From an uncultured Alistipes sp. (GTDB taxonomy: Bacteria; Bacteroidota; Bacteroidia; Bacteroidales; Rikenellaceae), in contig CAMWTS010000007.1 of assembly GCA_947177225.1 (NCBI GenBank), positions 2,778-66,777 of the forward strand: 64,000 nucleotides of DNA, in the 5' to 3' direction. Shown here one piece after another: positions 8,249 through 18,446 of the stretch. Made by a program: the position numbers and the translations under genes. The number at the start of each line of letters is the position of its first letter. Positions within the stretch are counted from its first letter, which is position 1. The notes under the pieces are model-generated. The model worked only from the letters and a program-made list of their open reading frames with translations. It made no database searches and had not been told where the DNA came from.

Positions 8249-11200
8249 CTACCTGAGCGGGCGGAGCATGAATGTGAAACGATAGTCGTCGTAGGGCAGC
8301 GTATGCTCCTCGCGGGGCAGTGCGTTCCAGCTGTTGACGCAGCCCACGCCCTGCTGTTTCAGATCGAAGTTGACATAGGTGCACCCGTCTTTTTCGAGTT
8401 CGGGGAAGTGTTTGGCCGAGACGGGCGACATGATGTCGATGCTTTCGGGCGAGTAGGGTATGGCCGAGGCGGAGAAGTGTTTGTCGGAGCGTATCTCCAA
8501 TCCGCGGCCTGCGCTGTCGCGTATTTGCCACCAGCGCAGTGCGCAGTGGGTTCCCGACTCCTGCGGACGCACGTAGAGCGGGTAGAACTGTTCGTCGACA
8601 CTCTGCACGTAATGACCGATGCGTGCTCCGCTGAGACGGTCGCAATAGTTCTCGAAAGGACCTGCACCATAGAATTCCACCGTATCGAACATCGACGGCA
8701 TGGCCATGGTCATGCCGAAACGCATCAGTTTTTTGATATCGGTGCGGCTCTTGTCGGCAGTCATGCTTTCGGTTGCGATCACCTCGCCGCCGGGACAAAT
8801 GCGATAGGTCATCTCCAATGCGGCTCCCGTCTCTACGATGATATATGCAGCTGTGGCGACTATGTCGCTGCCTTCGCGGTCGATAGCGAACGATTGCAGC
8901 TGCGGCTCGACATTGCGCCATGCAAACCAGTTGTGCGAGGTGTTGTGCCTGGCTCCGTCGTCATTGTCTACGGGCGCGCGGTAGAAGCTGGGACGCAGTG
9001 CCGAGCATAGCATCTCGATGCCGTCGTATCGGTAGCCGGCGATGAAGCCGTCCGAGCCGAACTCCACCCGGAAACGGTCGCCCGTGACCGTGTGCGAGTC
9101 GAGCCTGAGTGCGCCGGCTTCGGCTGCCGTTGCGCCGAAGTGTGCCGCCATATCGCAGCTCTTCACCTCGATCTGATCGTAAGCTACTTCGTAGCCCGCT
9201 TGCAGCAGTGCGTCGCGACGTTTGAGCGTGTAGGAGAGGTCGAGCAGAATCTCGTCGCCAGCCAGAGCGTCGATGTCGGCCGCCGTGTAGCCGAGCGATA
9301 CGACGGCAGTCTGTTGCGGTGCCACGTCGAGATGCTCCACCGTGCCGCTCATGGCAGCCGCACCGTCGACGAGCAGTTGCCAGTGGAGACGGTATTTCGA
9401 CAGATCGATGAAAAAGTTCTCATTGAAGATCTCCACACGGCCGTTGCGCACGTCGTGGTCGCGGGTGAGTATGTTGCGCTGCTGATATTTCACCTCGTAT
9501 GCTCCCGGGTGCCAGTCGCGGTTGGGTGCCACCACTCCGTTGCAGTTGAAGGTGCCGTCCGAGGCGTCGTATTCGTTGTAGTCGCCGCCGTAGCGATAGG
9601 TCAGTATGCCCGTCGCCGGATCGCGGTAGGCCAGAGCCTGATCGGCGAAGTCCCAGATGAAGCCTCCCTGATAGGCCGGATATTTGCGCACCAGATCCCA
9701 ATACTCCTTGAAGCCGCCCAGCGAGTTGCCCATGGCGTGAGCATATTCGCACTGAATAAGCGGCCGCGACGGATTGCCCGAAGCGTATTGCCGGCAGTAA
9801 TCGTAGCCTGCGTACATCGGGCAGTAGATGTCGGTGTCGAAGTCGGTCTCTGCGCGTTCGTATTGCACCGGTCGGCTCTTATCGTAGCTCTTGATCCACT
9901 CGTAGCACTTGTAGAAGTTGTGACCGTTGCCGGCCTCGTTGCCCATGCTCCAAATGATGATCGAGGGGTGGTTGTAATCGCGCATCACCATGCGTTGGTT
10001 GCGGGCGAGGTGAGCTGCGAGATAATCCTCTCTTGCTGCGAGCGTCCTCTCTGCGTAACCCATGCCGTGCGATTCGATGTCGGCCTCGTCGACGAGATAG
10101 ATGCCGTAGATGTCGCACAGGTCGTACCACAGCGGGGCGTTGGGGTAGTGACACGTGCGCACGGCATTGAAGTTGAGTCGTTTGATAGTCTCGATGTCAT
10201 TGACCATATCCTCGCGCGTTAGGTAGTAACCCGTGTTGGGGTTCATCTCGTGGCGGTTGACTCCCTTGATATATATCGGACGGCCGTTGACCAGCAGCTG
10301 TCCTCCGGCTATCTCCACCTTGCGGAATCCGACGTTGAATCCCGTGGCCTCGACGATCTGTTTGCCGTCCGATGCTGCGACGCTCAGACGGTAGAGGTTG
10401 GGCTCTTCGGCACTCCATTTGCGCGGTGCCGCCACCTCGAAGCGTGTCTTGACACTGCCGCCGTCCACCGGACAGTTGCGCTCGCAGATGGTGTTGCCCT
10501 CAGAATCGACCAGACGCAGTGCCACGCTGCGTATGCCGCGCGTTGTGCCGATTTCGATGTCGAGCAGGCCGTCGGTGCAGCCGTTTACAAGGTCGGGCGT
10601 GAGTTTTATGTCGGTCATGCGACGCTTGTCGCGTGAGTAGATATAGCAGTCGCGGCCTATGCCCGTCATGTGCCAGAAGTCCTGATCTTCGAGATAGGAG
10701 CCGTCGCACCAGCGCATGATACGCATGGCGAAGAGGTTCTTCTCTCCGCACTTCACGTATCGCGTTATGTCGAATTCAGCCTCCAATTTGCTGTCTTCGC
10801 TGTAACCCACTTCGCGCCCGTTGACCCAGAGCGTGAGGTTGGAGGTCGCCGATCCGATATGGACGAAAATGTCGCGCCCCTTCCATTCGGCCGGCACCTC
10901 TATCTCCCGAAGATACGAACCTACGTGGTTCTGCTCCACGGGAACATAGGGCGGATTGTCGGCGAAGAACTTGTGCCAGGGGTATGGTATGTTGGTGTAG
11001 ACAGGATCGCCATAGCCGTTCATCTCCCACATTCCCGGTACGGGCATCGTGCCCCATGACGAGGTGTCGAAGCCCGGACGGTAGAACATTTCGGGTTGCT
11101 CGGCAGGGGTGTCAGCCCAGTGGAACTGCCACACTCCGCCTATGGAGCGATACTGCGGCGACGAACGGAAGTCGCTGATATATTGCACCTCGTCGACGGT

Positions 11201-11335
11201 AGGGTAGACTATGAAGCTCGACCGCATCGGTAGCCTTCCCACTTCGAAGATGTTGGGGTCGAGCCATCTTTCGGTCTGTGCCGTGGCCGACGTGCATATC
11301 AGCAGCGCACATAATAACAGTTTAGCAGGTTTCAT
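8249..11335 (-). CDS. lacZ: Beta-galactosidase, GH2 (LacZ-type), exported
   Basis: Signal peptide; GVNRHE, NAVRTCHYP, WSMGNE (acid/base), CEYAHAMGNS (nucleophile), GGFIWD; Bgal small-chain C-terminus. Confidence 0.92.
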   Translation of the reverse strand: MKPAKLLLCALLICTSATAQTERWLDPNIFEVGRLPMRSSFIVYPTVDEVQYISDFRSSPQYRSIGGVWQFHWADTPAEQPEMFYRPGFDTSSWGTMPVPGMWEMNGYGDPVYTNIPYPWHKFFADNPPYVPVEQNHVGSYLREIEVPAEWKGRDIFVHIGSATSNLTLWVNGREVGYSEDSKLEAEFDITRYVKCGEKNLFAMRIMRWCDGSYLEDQDFWHMTGIGRDCYIYSRDKRRMTDIKLTPDLVNGCTDGLLDIEIGTTRGIRSVALRLVDSEGNTICERNCPVDGGSVKTRFEVAAPRKWSAEEPNLYRLSVAASDGKQIVEATGFNVGFRKVEIAGGQLLVNGRPIYIKGVNRHEMNPNTGYYLTREDMVNDIETIKRLNFNAVRTCHYPNAPLWYDLCDIYGIYLVDEADIESHGMGYAERTLAAREDYLAAHLARNQRMVMRDYNHPSIIIWSMGNEAGNGHNFYKCYEWIKSYDKSRPVQYERAETDFDTDIYCPMYAGYDYCRQYASGNPSRPLIQCEYAHAMGNSLGGFKEYWDLVRKYPAYQGGFIWDFADQALAYRDPATGILTYRYGGDYNEYDASDGTFNCNGVVAPNRDWHPGAYEVKYQQRNILTRDHDVRNGRVEIFNENFFIDLSKYRLHWQLLVDGAAAMSGTVEHLDVAPQQTAVVSLGYTAADIDALAGDEILLDLSYTLKRRDALLQAGYEVAYDQIEVKSCDMAAHFGATAAEAGALRLDSHTVTGDRFRVEFGSDGFIAGYRYDGIEMLCSALRPSFYRAPVDNDDGARHNTSHNWFAWRNVEPQLQSFAIDREGSDIVATAAYIIVETGAALEMTYRICPGGEVIATESMTADKSRTDIKKLMRFGMTMAMPSMFDTVEFYGAGPFENYCDRLSGARIGHYVQSVDEQFYPLYVRPQESGTHCALRWWQIRDSAGRGLEIRSDKHFSASAIPYSPESIDIMSPVSAKHFPELEKDGCTYVNFDLKQQGVGCVNSWNALPREEHTLPYDDYRFTFMLRPLR

Positions 11336-11473
11336 ATAATTCAGGCAATTTATACGTTTTAGTCATATTGTGTAAAGATATGCAAAAAAACGTTAATTGC
11401 CAAGCACTTTTATGCAAAGCGCCCCGATCATGAAACGATCGGGACGCTTCGGTCGGTGCCGGCGCCAGCGATT

Positions 11474-12547
11474 CTACTGCTGGCGGAAAGCCTCGGTGAA
11501 GAACTCGGCTATTCGGTCGAACGGTATCACATCGAGATTGTCGTATAGATCGGTGTGGTCGGCACCCTGAATTATCATCAGCTCCTTGTTCTGTCCTGTA
11601 AGACGTTTGCGGGCGTCCTCGCTGAAATAGCGCGAGTGCGCCTCCGATCCGTGGATCAACAGTACGGCACTGCGAATCTCGTCGATATAGCTCATTATGG
11701 GCATGTTGATGAATGCCAGAGCTGCCGTTGCAAGTTTGCCGCCGTTGGAGTTGGGCGACCGGTGGTGGTATCCGCGCGAGGTTTTGTAGTATGCGTGATA
11801 CCGCTTTACGAAATCGGGGGCATCGTCAGGTACGGGATCGATCACCCCGCCGTCGCGTCCGCTGTCGCCGTTGCGATACTCCTCCGTGCGCTGCTCGTTG
11901 AGCCGGCGGCGCAACTCGTAACGGTCGTCGGCGGTCATCGAGTCGAAATATCCGTTGGCATTCACGCGGCTCATGTCGTACATGGTGGAGGTCACCGTCG
12001 CCTTTATGCGCGGATCGTTGGCTGCGGCATTGAGGGCGAATCCGCCCCAGCCGCATATGCCGATGATGCCTATGCGCTCGGGATCTGCGTCGTCGCGCAT
12101 CAGCAGACAGTCTGACGCCGCGCTGAAATCGTCGGTGCTGATCTCGGGCGAGGTGAGGTAGCGCGGAGTGCCGCCGCTCTCGCCGTAAAACGACGGATCG
12201 AACGCTATTGTGAGAAAACCTCGCTCGGCAAGCGTCTGTGCGTAGAGCCCCGACACCTGCTCCTTGACGGCTCCGAACGGGCCGCAGACGGCGATGGCCG
12301 GCAACCGTCCCTCTGTACCCTTGGGCTTGTAGAGGTCGGCCGCAAGCGTGATGCCGTAACGGTTGTGAAAAGTTATCTTCGAGTGTTCTACCTTGTCGTT
12401 CTGCGGGAATGTCTTGTCCCATTCGCTGTTCAGTACAGATGTATCCATGTCGTATATTATGTTTTGTTGCGGTTGTCGTGCCGCAGCGGCGGCGAGGCCG
12501 AATGCGAGGCCGATGGCTGCGACGGTCAATCTCTTTAACTGTTTCAT
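11474..12547 (-). CDS. Alpha/beta hydrolase (YcjY/dienelactone hydrolase-like), exported
   Basis: Signal peptide; GPFGAVKEQ, AFDPSFYGESGG, GICGWGG nucleophile elbow, HTDLYD. Confidence 0.85.
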   Translation of the reverse strand: MKQLKRLTVAAIGLAFGLAAAAARQPQQNIIYDMDTSVLNSEWDKTFPQNDKVEHSKITFHNRYGITLAADLYKPKGTEGRLPAIAVCGPFGAVKEQVSGLYAQTLAERGFLTIAFDPSFYGESGGTPRYLTSPEISTDDFSAASDCLLMRDDADPERIGIIGICGWGGFALNAAANDPRIKATVTSTMYDMSRVNANGYFDSMTADDRYELRRRLNEQRTEEYRNGDSGRDGGVIDPVPDDAPDFVKRYHAYYKTSRGYHHRSPNSNGGKLATAALAFINMPIMSYIDEIRSAVLLIHGSEAHSRYFSEDARKRLTGQNKELMIIQGADHTDLYDNLDVIPFDRIAEFFTEAFRQQ

Positions 12548-12560
12548 GCGTATTGGTTTC

Positions 12561-13379
12561 CTAATCGAGTTTACCGTACACCTCGTCGGTTACCGGTTCG
12601 AGCCACACGTTCTGAGTCTCTTCTCCCGGCACCGAGAATGCCAGATGTGCGAACCAGCTGTCGCTTGCCGCGCCGTGCCAGTGTTTTACGTTGGCCGGAA
12701 TATGGATCACCGTGCCGGGCAGGATCTCCACAGCCTCCTGTCCCTCCTGCTGGTACCAGCCGCGTCCGGCCACGCCGATGAGCATCTGTCCTCCTCCGCT
12801 CGAAGCCTTGTGTATGTGCCAGTTGTTGCGGCAGCCCGGCTCGAACGTGACATTGGCGACTGTCACCTGCTCCGATGATATGGGTGCCAGATAGCTTTTG
12901 CCGGTGAAGTATTGTGCGTAAGCCGTATTGGGCTCGCCGATGGGGAATATCATCTCGCGCTCGAATTCGGCCTTGGCATCGTCGGAGTCCGTCGGTTCTT
13001 CGTTCCATACGTCTTTGGCCAGACGGAATGCCGCCCACGCCTTGGGCCAGCCGGCATAGAATGCCGCATGAGTGATTATCTCGGCTATCTCGGTGCGGGT
13101 GATGCCGTTCTGTTTGGCATTTTGCAGGTGGTGGAGCAGCGATGAGTCGGTGATGCCCTGACTTATCAGTGCCGTGACGGTGACCACGCTGCGGTCGCGC
13201 AGACTGAGCAGGTCGTTGCGGCTCCACTCCTCTCCGAAGAGCACATCGTCGTTTAGACGTGCGAATTCCGGTGCGAACTCGCCGAGCGCATCGCGGCCGG
13301 CGGTCTGAATGATTTTTTGCTGTGCCATTGCAGGTAGAGTTATGATTGTTGCAGTAAGTAGTAAAATAGCTTTTTTCAT
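12561..13379 (-). CDS. Carboxymuconolactone decarboxylase (CMD) plus cupin fusion protein
   Basis: N-half DVLFGEEWSR...RDRSVVTVTAL...HAAFYAGWP; C-half FEPGCRNNWHIH...HWHGA. Start MKKAILL at 13379. Confidence 0.85.
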   Translation of the reverse strand: MKKAILLLTATIITLPAMAQQKIIQTAGRDALGEFAPEFARLNDDVLFGEEWSRNDLLSLRDRSVVTVTALISQGITDSSLLHHLQNAKQNGITRTEIAEIITHAAFYAGWPKAWAAFRLAKDVWNEEPTDSDDAKAEFEREMIFPIGEPNTAYAQYFTGKSYLAPISSEQVTVANVTFEPGCRNNWHIHKASSGGGQMLIGVAGRGWYQQEGQEAVEILPGTVIHIPANVKHWHGAASDSWFAHLAFSVPGEETQNVWLEPVTDEVYGKLD

Positions 13380-13589
13380 AGCCTGTGTTTTAGTATCGTT
13401 TGACATATGCAAAGTTACAACCGTTTTCGTGGCTGTCATGTAAACGTTTTACGGTTGGATCTACCATTTTTACGGAATCGTCCGCCGCAGCCGGTTGCGG
13501 CGGCGGTTGCCGGCTGCATATAAAGACTTGGGCGGGCGATGCCGTATCGCTTTTCGCGAAAAATATTTGGTGTATTGAAAAATAATATC

Positions 13590-13597
13590 TATATTTG
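13590..13597 (+). promoter_or_regulatory. -7 promoter box for tRNA-Leu
   Basis: TATATTTG, 23 nt upstream of the tRNA. Confidence 0.7.
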
Positions 13598-13620
13598 CAC
13601 ACCAATTCGGAAGAATTGAT

Positions 13621-13704
13621 GCCCAGATGGCGGAATCGGTAGACGCGCTGGTCTCAAACACCAGTAGGTTCACCCCTGTGCCGGTTCGACCCCGGCTCTG
13701 GGTA
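13621..13704 (+). tRNA. tRNA-Leu(CAA); integration target
   Basis: GCCCAGA/TCTGGGT acceptor, CTGGT-CT CAA AC-ACCAG anticodon arm, long variable arm, GCCGG-TTCGACC-CCGGC T arm. Confidence 0.95.
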
Positions 13705-13705
13705 C
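13692..13705 (+). repeat. attL core (tRNA side)
   Basis: ccggctctgggtac; 13 of 14 bases match 30710-30723. Confidence 0.85.
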
Positions 13706-13710
13706 TATGG

Positions 13711-13751
13711 AAAAACCTCAAATGATTACTAATGAATCATTTGAGGTTTTT
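13711..13751 (+). terminator. Element-supplied terminator downstream of tRNA-Leu
   Basis: 17-bp perfect inverted repeat aaaaacctcaaatgatt/aatcatttgaggttttt. Confidence 0.75.
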
Positions 13752-13762
13752 GTTCTATTCGG

Positions 13763-13785
13763 TGTGTCCGCAATTTGTCCGCATT
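13763..13785 (+). repeat. 23-bp direct repeat, left copy (putative integrase arm-type site)
   Basis: tgtgtccgcaatttgtccgcatt, identical to 30562-30584; contains two TGTCCGCA units. Confidence 0.8.
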
Positions 13786-13882
13786 CTCTGTACAATCGAA
13801 AATTTTTTCAAAAAAGTCTGAATTACAGAAATGATTTCCTTTACCGAAAAGGAGCAGGAACCTGATAGCATAAAGATAAATC

Positions 13883-14578
13883 TTACATCATGAATCGCTC
13901 AAGGCGCTCTTTCCAGCGCCGCCAGTCGGGCATCTCGGTTTCGAGCAGGGAAAAGAAGGCTGCGGTATGGTCGGGATGCAGTAGATGGCACATTTCATGC
14001 GTAATGACATATTCAATGCAGGGCCGCGGCGCCTTGATCAATTCTGTATTCAGAATAATTTTCCCTTGGGGGGTGCAGCTGCCCCAGCGATTTTCCATCT
14101 CCTGAACATAGAGTGAAGCCGGTGCAACTCCGTACCGTGCAAATCGGGAAATAATAGGCTCCGCATACTCGGCGAACTTGAGTTTGGCGTGTTCGCGGTA
14201 CCAGGACTTCATCAATTCCCGGGCCTTGTCCGGAGAGGTGCATACCACTTCGAAGCAGCGCCCTTTGTAGCGGACGCTGTTGACCTTGCCTGCGGATACC
14301 CGGAGTAGAAACTGTTTCCCCAGGTAGTAATGCGACTCTCCGCTGACATACCGTTTTTCCGGACTCCGGGCCCCGAAATCCTTAAAATAGGACTGCTGCC
14401 GAAGAATCCACGGCGCCCGTTTATAGAGTTTCTGTTCGATAACCTCTTCCGGCGTCCCTTCCGGAACCAGCAGAACGACCTCGCCGGATGGATATACCTT
14501 GATTCCGAGTGTCCGGCGGGCGGAAAAGAGCACGCTGTAGGGAATCGTCTTTTTCCCGTAGACGAATATTCGCTGCAT
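13883..14578 (-). CDS. M48/YgjP (DUF45) metallopeptidase-like protein associated with type I RM
   Basis: RWGSC and EYVITHEMCHL (HExxH) motifs. Start ATG overlaps the hsdR stop (TGATG at 14580-14576). Confidence 0.88.
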   Translation of the reverse strand: MQRIFVYGKKTIPYSVLFSARRTLGIKVYPSGEVVLLVPEGTPEEVIEQKLYKRAPWILRQQSYFKDFGARSPEKRYVSGESHYYLGKQFLLRVSAGKVNSVRYKGRCFEVVCTSPDKARELMKSWYREHAKLKFAEYAEPIISRFARYGVAPASLYVQEMENRWGSCTPQGKIILNTELIKAPRPCIEYVITHEMCHLLHPDHTAAFFSLLETEMPDWRRWKERLERFMM

Positions 14579-17500
14579 CACCGGACCCATTTTTGAGCCA
14601 CGTCGACCGCTTGGTCGATGATGGCATCCATGTCATCGAAGGTCATCGACAGATCATACTTGCGTTTGACTTCGTCGATCAGATAGTCCTCGATGTCGAG
14701 CTTCATCATGCCGACCAGCCGGTCCTTGAGCGGCCAGTCGACAATGAGCGTCCCCTTCTCGAAGATGTGCTGACGAATGATGGCGTCGATCTGATTGGCT
14801 GTGTCGAGTGCGATTTGCGTCAGGTCGAGCCCCTGTTCGGGCTTTATGACCGCCTTGTAGACCTCCAGGCTCAATCCGAAGTAGGCCCGCGCGGCGTTGT
14901 TTTCCTTCAGTATGTCGGGGATCTCGCTGTCGGTATGATTCAGCACCTTGTTCATCAGGTCCGAAACCTGGGCCAAATACTCTGCTTCGTCGATTCGTCC
15001 TTGTTCGTACTGCAAAATAGTCTCCTTAAGCATCTGCGAGAACTTTTTGTAGAAAGCCGGATCGGTATCCATGTTCTCGGTGATGTACTTGGCCGTTCGC
15101 GAGGCAATCGTATCGGCCTTAGCTGCTTTTCCCGAGATCTTCTCTACCTCTTCTGCAAATCGCTCCTTGTCGAAGATATTTACAAGGTCTGTGATGATCC
15201 GCACCTCGCCACTTTCGATATGCGTATCGATCAACTTCTGAATCTGCCCTTCGTATTGTTTGTAATCGACTGTGTCGGAGTAGCGCTCTTGCACGGCATT
15301 GCGCAGCTTGAGGAAGAAGGCCAGATCGCTCTTGTATCGCTCGACGAGCTCTTGAGGCGTGTTTTTGTGAAACCCGATCGAAGAAAGCGCTACTTTCAGC
15401 GTTTGGGCATAGACCCGCAACTTCTCATAGAAAAGCGTACGACGGTCTTCCTCGCGCAGGATGTTACCGAAGGCCTCGAAGTCAGTCGTATTGCGCACTT
15501 CCTTGAAAAGGTCCCATACTTCGGCATGCCGCTGGGGTAACTTGCCTATCTCCTCTGCGATATCCGTAAATGTTCCCTCAAGGTCTTCCTGATCGAAATC
15601 AGTGTAGAGCTCCAGCGCAGAATTGAGCGAGCCCAATACGCCGTAGTAGTCGATAATGTACCCGAACTCCTTGCCATCGCAGACGCGATTGACGCGGGCG
15701 ATAGCTTGCAGGAGCGTGTGGTCCTTCAATTTGCGGTCGAGATAGAGCACTGTGTTGCGAGGCTCGTCGAATCCTGTCAGGAGTTTGTCCACGACGATGA
15801 TGATCTCCGGCTTATCGCTGTTCTTGAAGCGGTTAATAATGTTCGTCTCGTATTTTTTTGCGGTACCGTGCTCGTCCATCATGCGCTTCCAGAAGGCCAT
15901 CTCCACGTTCGTGGTCTCTCCGAACGCCTCGTCTTCGCCTTCGCGGGTGTCGGGCGAAGTGATGAGTACCTCCGACGAGACGATTCCGATTTCGTCGAGA
16001 TACTGCTTGTAGAAAATTGCGATGTGTTTGCGCGGAGCCACCAGTTGCGCCTTGAATTTCGACCCCTGCCAGTTCTCCTTGAAATGCTGCGAAATGTCCC
16101 ACGCAATGGCATAGATGCGTTGCTGCGTCTGGTTGAGCTGATCCGCACGGCTGAATTTCTTCTTCATGTCGGCCCGCTGGGCGTCGCTCATCCATCCGCA
16201 AATCTTGTCGAAATAGCGGTCGATCGTCTCCTCGTGCACCACCTGCGGCACCATGCGCCCCTCGTAGAGCAACGGCACGACCGCCTTGTCCGCCACGGCC
16301 TGATCCACGGTGTAGATCGGTTGGATGATGCCGCCGAACTTTCGGGCCGTGTTCTTCTCCTTCTTCATCAACGGCGTGCCGGTCATGGCGATGAAGCAGG
16401 CATTCGGAAGCGTCTTCTCCATCTTGATGCCCATCTCGCCGTACTGGCTGCGGTGCCCCTCGTCGATCAGCACAAAGATGTTGGGATCGGTCAACGGGGT
16501 GCGGATGCCGCGCACGGCCGTCTCGAACTTGTTGATAATCGTCGTGATGACAGCGTCACTCTTGCTGTTGAGCAGTTCGACGAGCTTGCTCCCCGTCGTG
16601 GCGTTCTCGACGCGAATCTGACATTTGCGGAATGTTCCCGTAATCTGCCGGTCGAGGTCCGTGCGGTCGGTCACGAGGATGATTTTCGGGTTGCGAATCT
16701 CTTTGTCGAGGATGATGGCCTGCGCCAGCATCACCATCGTCAGCGACTTGCCGCTTCCCTGCGTGTGCCAGATGACTCCGCCGCGCCGCCGCCCGCCCTC
16801 GATGTGGCGCATGCGCCGCATCGTCTGTCGCACGGCAAAATACTGCTGATAACGCGCCACCTTCTTGATGCCGTCGTCGTAGAGCGTGAAGCCGTACATC
16901 AGCTGCAACAGCCGTTCGGGCCGGCAGAGGTTGTAGAGGTATTCGTCCTGCGCCGATGGGGTGACTGGCTGCTTGTAAAGCTCCTCGAAGTTGCGGCGCA
17001 CATAGCCGAACCGCCCCCCGAAGAGTTTGTCGTCCAACAGCGGCTCGTTGACCACCCGTTCCAGCTCCTGCCAGTAGCGGCGTTTTTCGTCGCTGTCGGC
17101 AAATTGTTCGCGCCATCGGGCCCAAAATTTTTCAGGTGTGGCCGTTGTGGCGTAACTGCCCTCCTGGCGGTTGATGGCCAGCAGCAGCGTTGAGTAGAGG
17201 TATAACGAGCGAATGCCGTCGGCCTTCTGGTTGCGGAGGTGCTGCGAAATAGCCTGCTCGATGGAGTCCTTCACGTCGGGACGTTTGCACTCGATCACGC
17301 AAAGCGGAATGCCATTCACGAAGAGCACGATATCGGGCCGATAGGTGCCGATCGTCCCCGTGCGGCTGACGGCGAACTCCTCCGTGACGTGGAAGACATT
17401 GTTGCGAATGTCTTTCCAGTCAATGTACTGCATCACGAAACTCTTGCGGTCGCCATCGACGATCTGCTCGAGGGTCTTTCCGAAGGTAAGCAGGTCGTAG

Positions 17501-17790
17501 ACCGTCTGCGAAGCCTCCATAAACCCTTCGTCCATCGGGATGTTGCGCAGGGCCTCGATTCCGGCCGTAATGTTCTGCTCGGAAAATACGGTGGTCCGCG
17601 TCGAGCTGACTTGCACGACGTTGATATCTGCCAGCTGCTTGCGCAGCACGGGTTCGAGCAGCACGTTGGCGACGCTCCCGCCGCGCAGAGCCAGCGCCTC
17701 ATCGGGTGTGAGGTATGTGTAACCGAGCTTTTCGAGCATCAGTAGTGCAGGAATCTGGCTGATATGGTCTTCTTTGAAGGAGATGGACAT
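14578..17790 (-). CDS. hsdR: Type I restriction endonuclease subunit R
   Basis: RPDIVLFVNGIPLCVIECK nuclease motif, HTQGSGKS Walker A, IDEGHRS, MTGTP, DKLLTGFD and QAIARVNR helicase motifs. Confidence 0.96.
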   Translation of the reverse strand: MSISFKEDHISQIPALLMLEKLGYTYLTPDEALALRGGSVANVLLEPVLRKQLADINVVQVSSTRTTVFSEQNITAGIEALRNIPMDEGFMEASQTVYDLLTFGKTLEQIVDGDRKSFVMQYIDWKDIRNNVFHVTEEFAVSRTGTIGTYRPDIVLFVNGIPLCVIECKRPDVKDSIEQAISQHLRNQKADGIRSLYLYSTLLLAINRQEGSYATTATPEKFWARWREQFADSDEKRRYWQELERVVNEPLLDDKLFGGRFGYVRRNFEELYKQPVTPSAQDEYLYNLCRPERLLQLMYGFTLYDDGIKKVARYQQYFAVRQTMRRMRHIEGGRRRGGVIWHTQGSGKSLTMVMLAQAIILDKEIRNPKIILVTDRTDLDRQITGTFRKCQIRVENATTGSKLVELLNSKSDAVITTIINKFETAVRGIRTPLTDPNIFVLIDEGHRSQYGEMGIKMEKTLPNACFIAMTGTPLMKKEKNTARKFGGIIQPIYTVDQAVADKAVVPLLYEGRMVPQVVHEETIDRYFDKICGWMSDAQRADMKKKFSRADQLNQTQQRIYAIAWDISQHFKENWQGSKFKAQLVAPRKHIAIFYKQYLDEIGIVSSEVLITSPDTREGEDEAFGETTNVEMAFWKRMMDEHGTAKKYETNIINRFKNSDKPEIIIVVDKLLTGFDEPRNTVLYLDRKLKDHTLLQAIARVNRVCDGKEFGYIIDYYGVLGSLNSALELYTDFDQEDLEGTFTDIAEEIGKLPQRHAEVWDLFKEVRNTTDFEAFGNILREEDRRTLFYEKLRVYAQTLKVALSSIGFHKNTPQELVERYKSDLAFFLKLRNAVQERYSDTVDYKQYEGQIQKLIDTHIESGEVRIITDLVNIFDKERFAEEVEKISGKAAKADTIASRTAKYITENMDTDPAFYKKFSQMLKETILQYEQGRIDEAEYLAQVSDLMNKVLNHTDSEIPDILKENNAARAYFGLSLEVYKAVIKPEQGLDLTQIALDTANQIDAIIRQHIFEKGTLIVDWPLKDRLVGMMKLDIEDYLIDEVKRKYDLSMTFDDMDAIIDQAVDVAQKWVR

Positions 17791-17799
17791 AATTAAAGA

Positions 17800-18435
17800 T
17801 TATAAACTATCCCAGACAGTTGCAAAACTATGTGCTTCACCTTGTAACAAGGGAAGCTCTTTTAAGTCGTGGTCTTTTTTTACATGGAATTTATTTCTGC
17901 GAACATCCAAGATGGCAAATTTAATTTCAGGTTCTTTCATTTTGCTTCTTAATTGCATTTCCATCAAGGTGAGTATTTGATCTGCTTGGGCTTTTTTCAA
18001 GGCATCATCCTTAAAATATAACTTTACGATGTAGAAGTTTGAAGTCCCATCCTTTTTCTTCTCTTCCAGACCAATCTCTGGATTGACGGTAATGACAATG
18101 TTCCCTATCTTCCAATCTTTTTTAGGAGGTTTAATCCATTCGAACTGTTTTCTGCCTAAAAATTTTTTATATCCTGTAACAATTTCTGGGTAGCATTTTC
18201 TCTTTTTCTCATCTGTTAGATCTTCGAGGACTTTATCGAGGATATCCTTACCCTGTTTTTTCTTATGTAAATTGATAATTGCGGTTCGAATCGCCTTGTA
18301 AAAGTCCATATAAGGTTCATATTCGGGTCGCTCCTTGATTGCTTTTACATGATTCTGTTTAGCGGTTCCCATTTTGTTGACAAAACCAACGAAGTCTGTC
18401 AAACTGATTTCAATTTTTTCAGCCATAATATACAT
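17800..18435 (-). CDS. Uncharacterised basic ~210-aa protein, possibly restriction-endonuclease-like fold
   Basis: Intact AT-rich ORF between DUF2188 and hsdR; VNPEIGL...IVKLYFK...AILDVRR pattern. Likely start MAEKI at 18426. Confidence 0.7.
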   Translation of the reverse strand: MYIMAEKIEISLTDFVGFVNKMGTAKQNHVKAIKERPEYEPYMDFYKAIRTAIINLHKKKQGKDILDKVLEDLTDEKKRKCYPEIVTGYKKFLGRKQFEWIKPPKKDWKIGNIVITVNPEIGLEEKKKDGTSNFYIVKLYFKDDALKKAQADQILTLMEMQLRSKMKEPEIKFAILDVRRNKFHVKKDHDLKELPLLQGEAHSFATVWDSL

Positions 18436-18446
18436 TTTTAGAATTA

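Noticed and set aside
14509-17745. Plus-strand ORFs (343, 495 and 168 aa) opposite hsdR
   Set aside because: Antisense shadows of a GC-rich gene.
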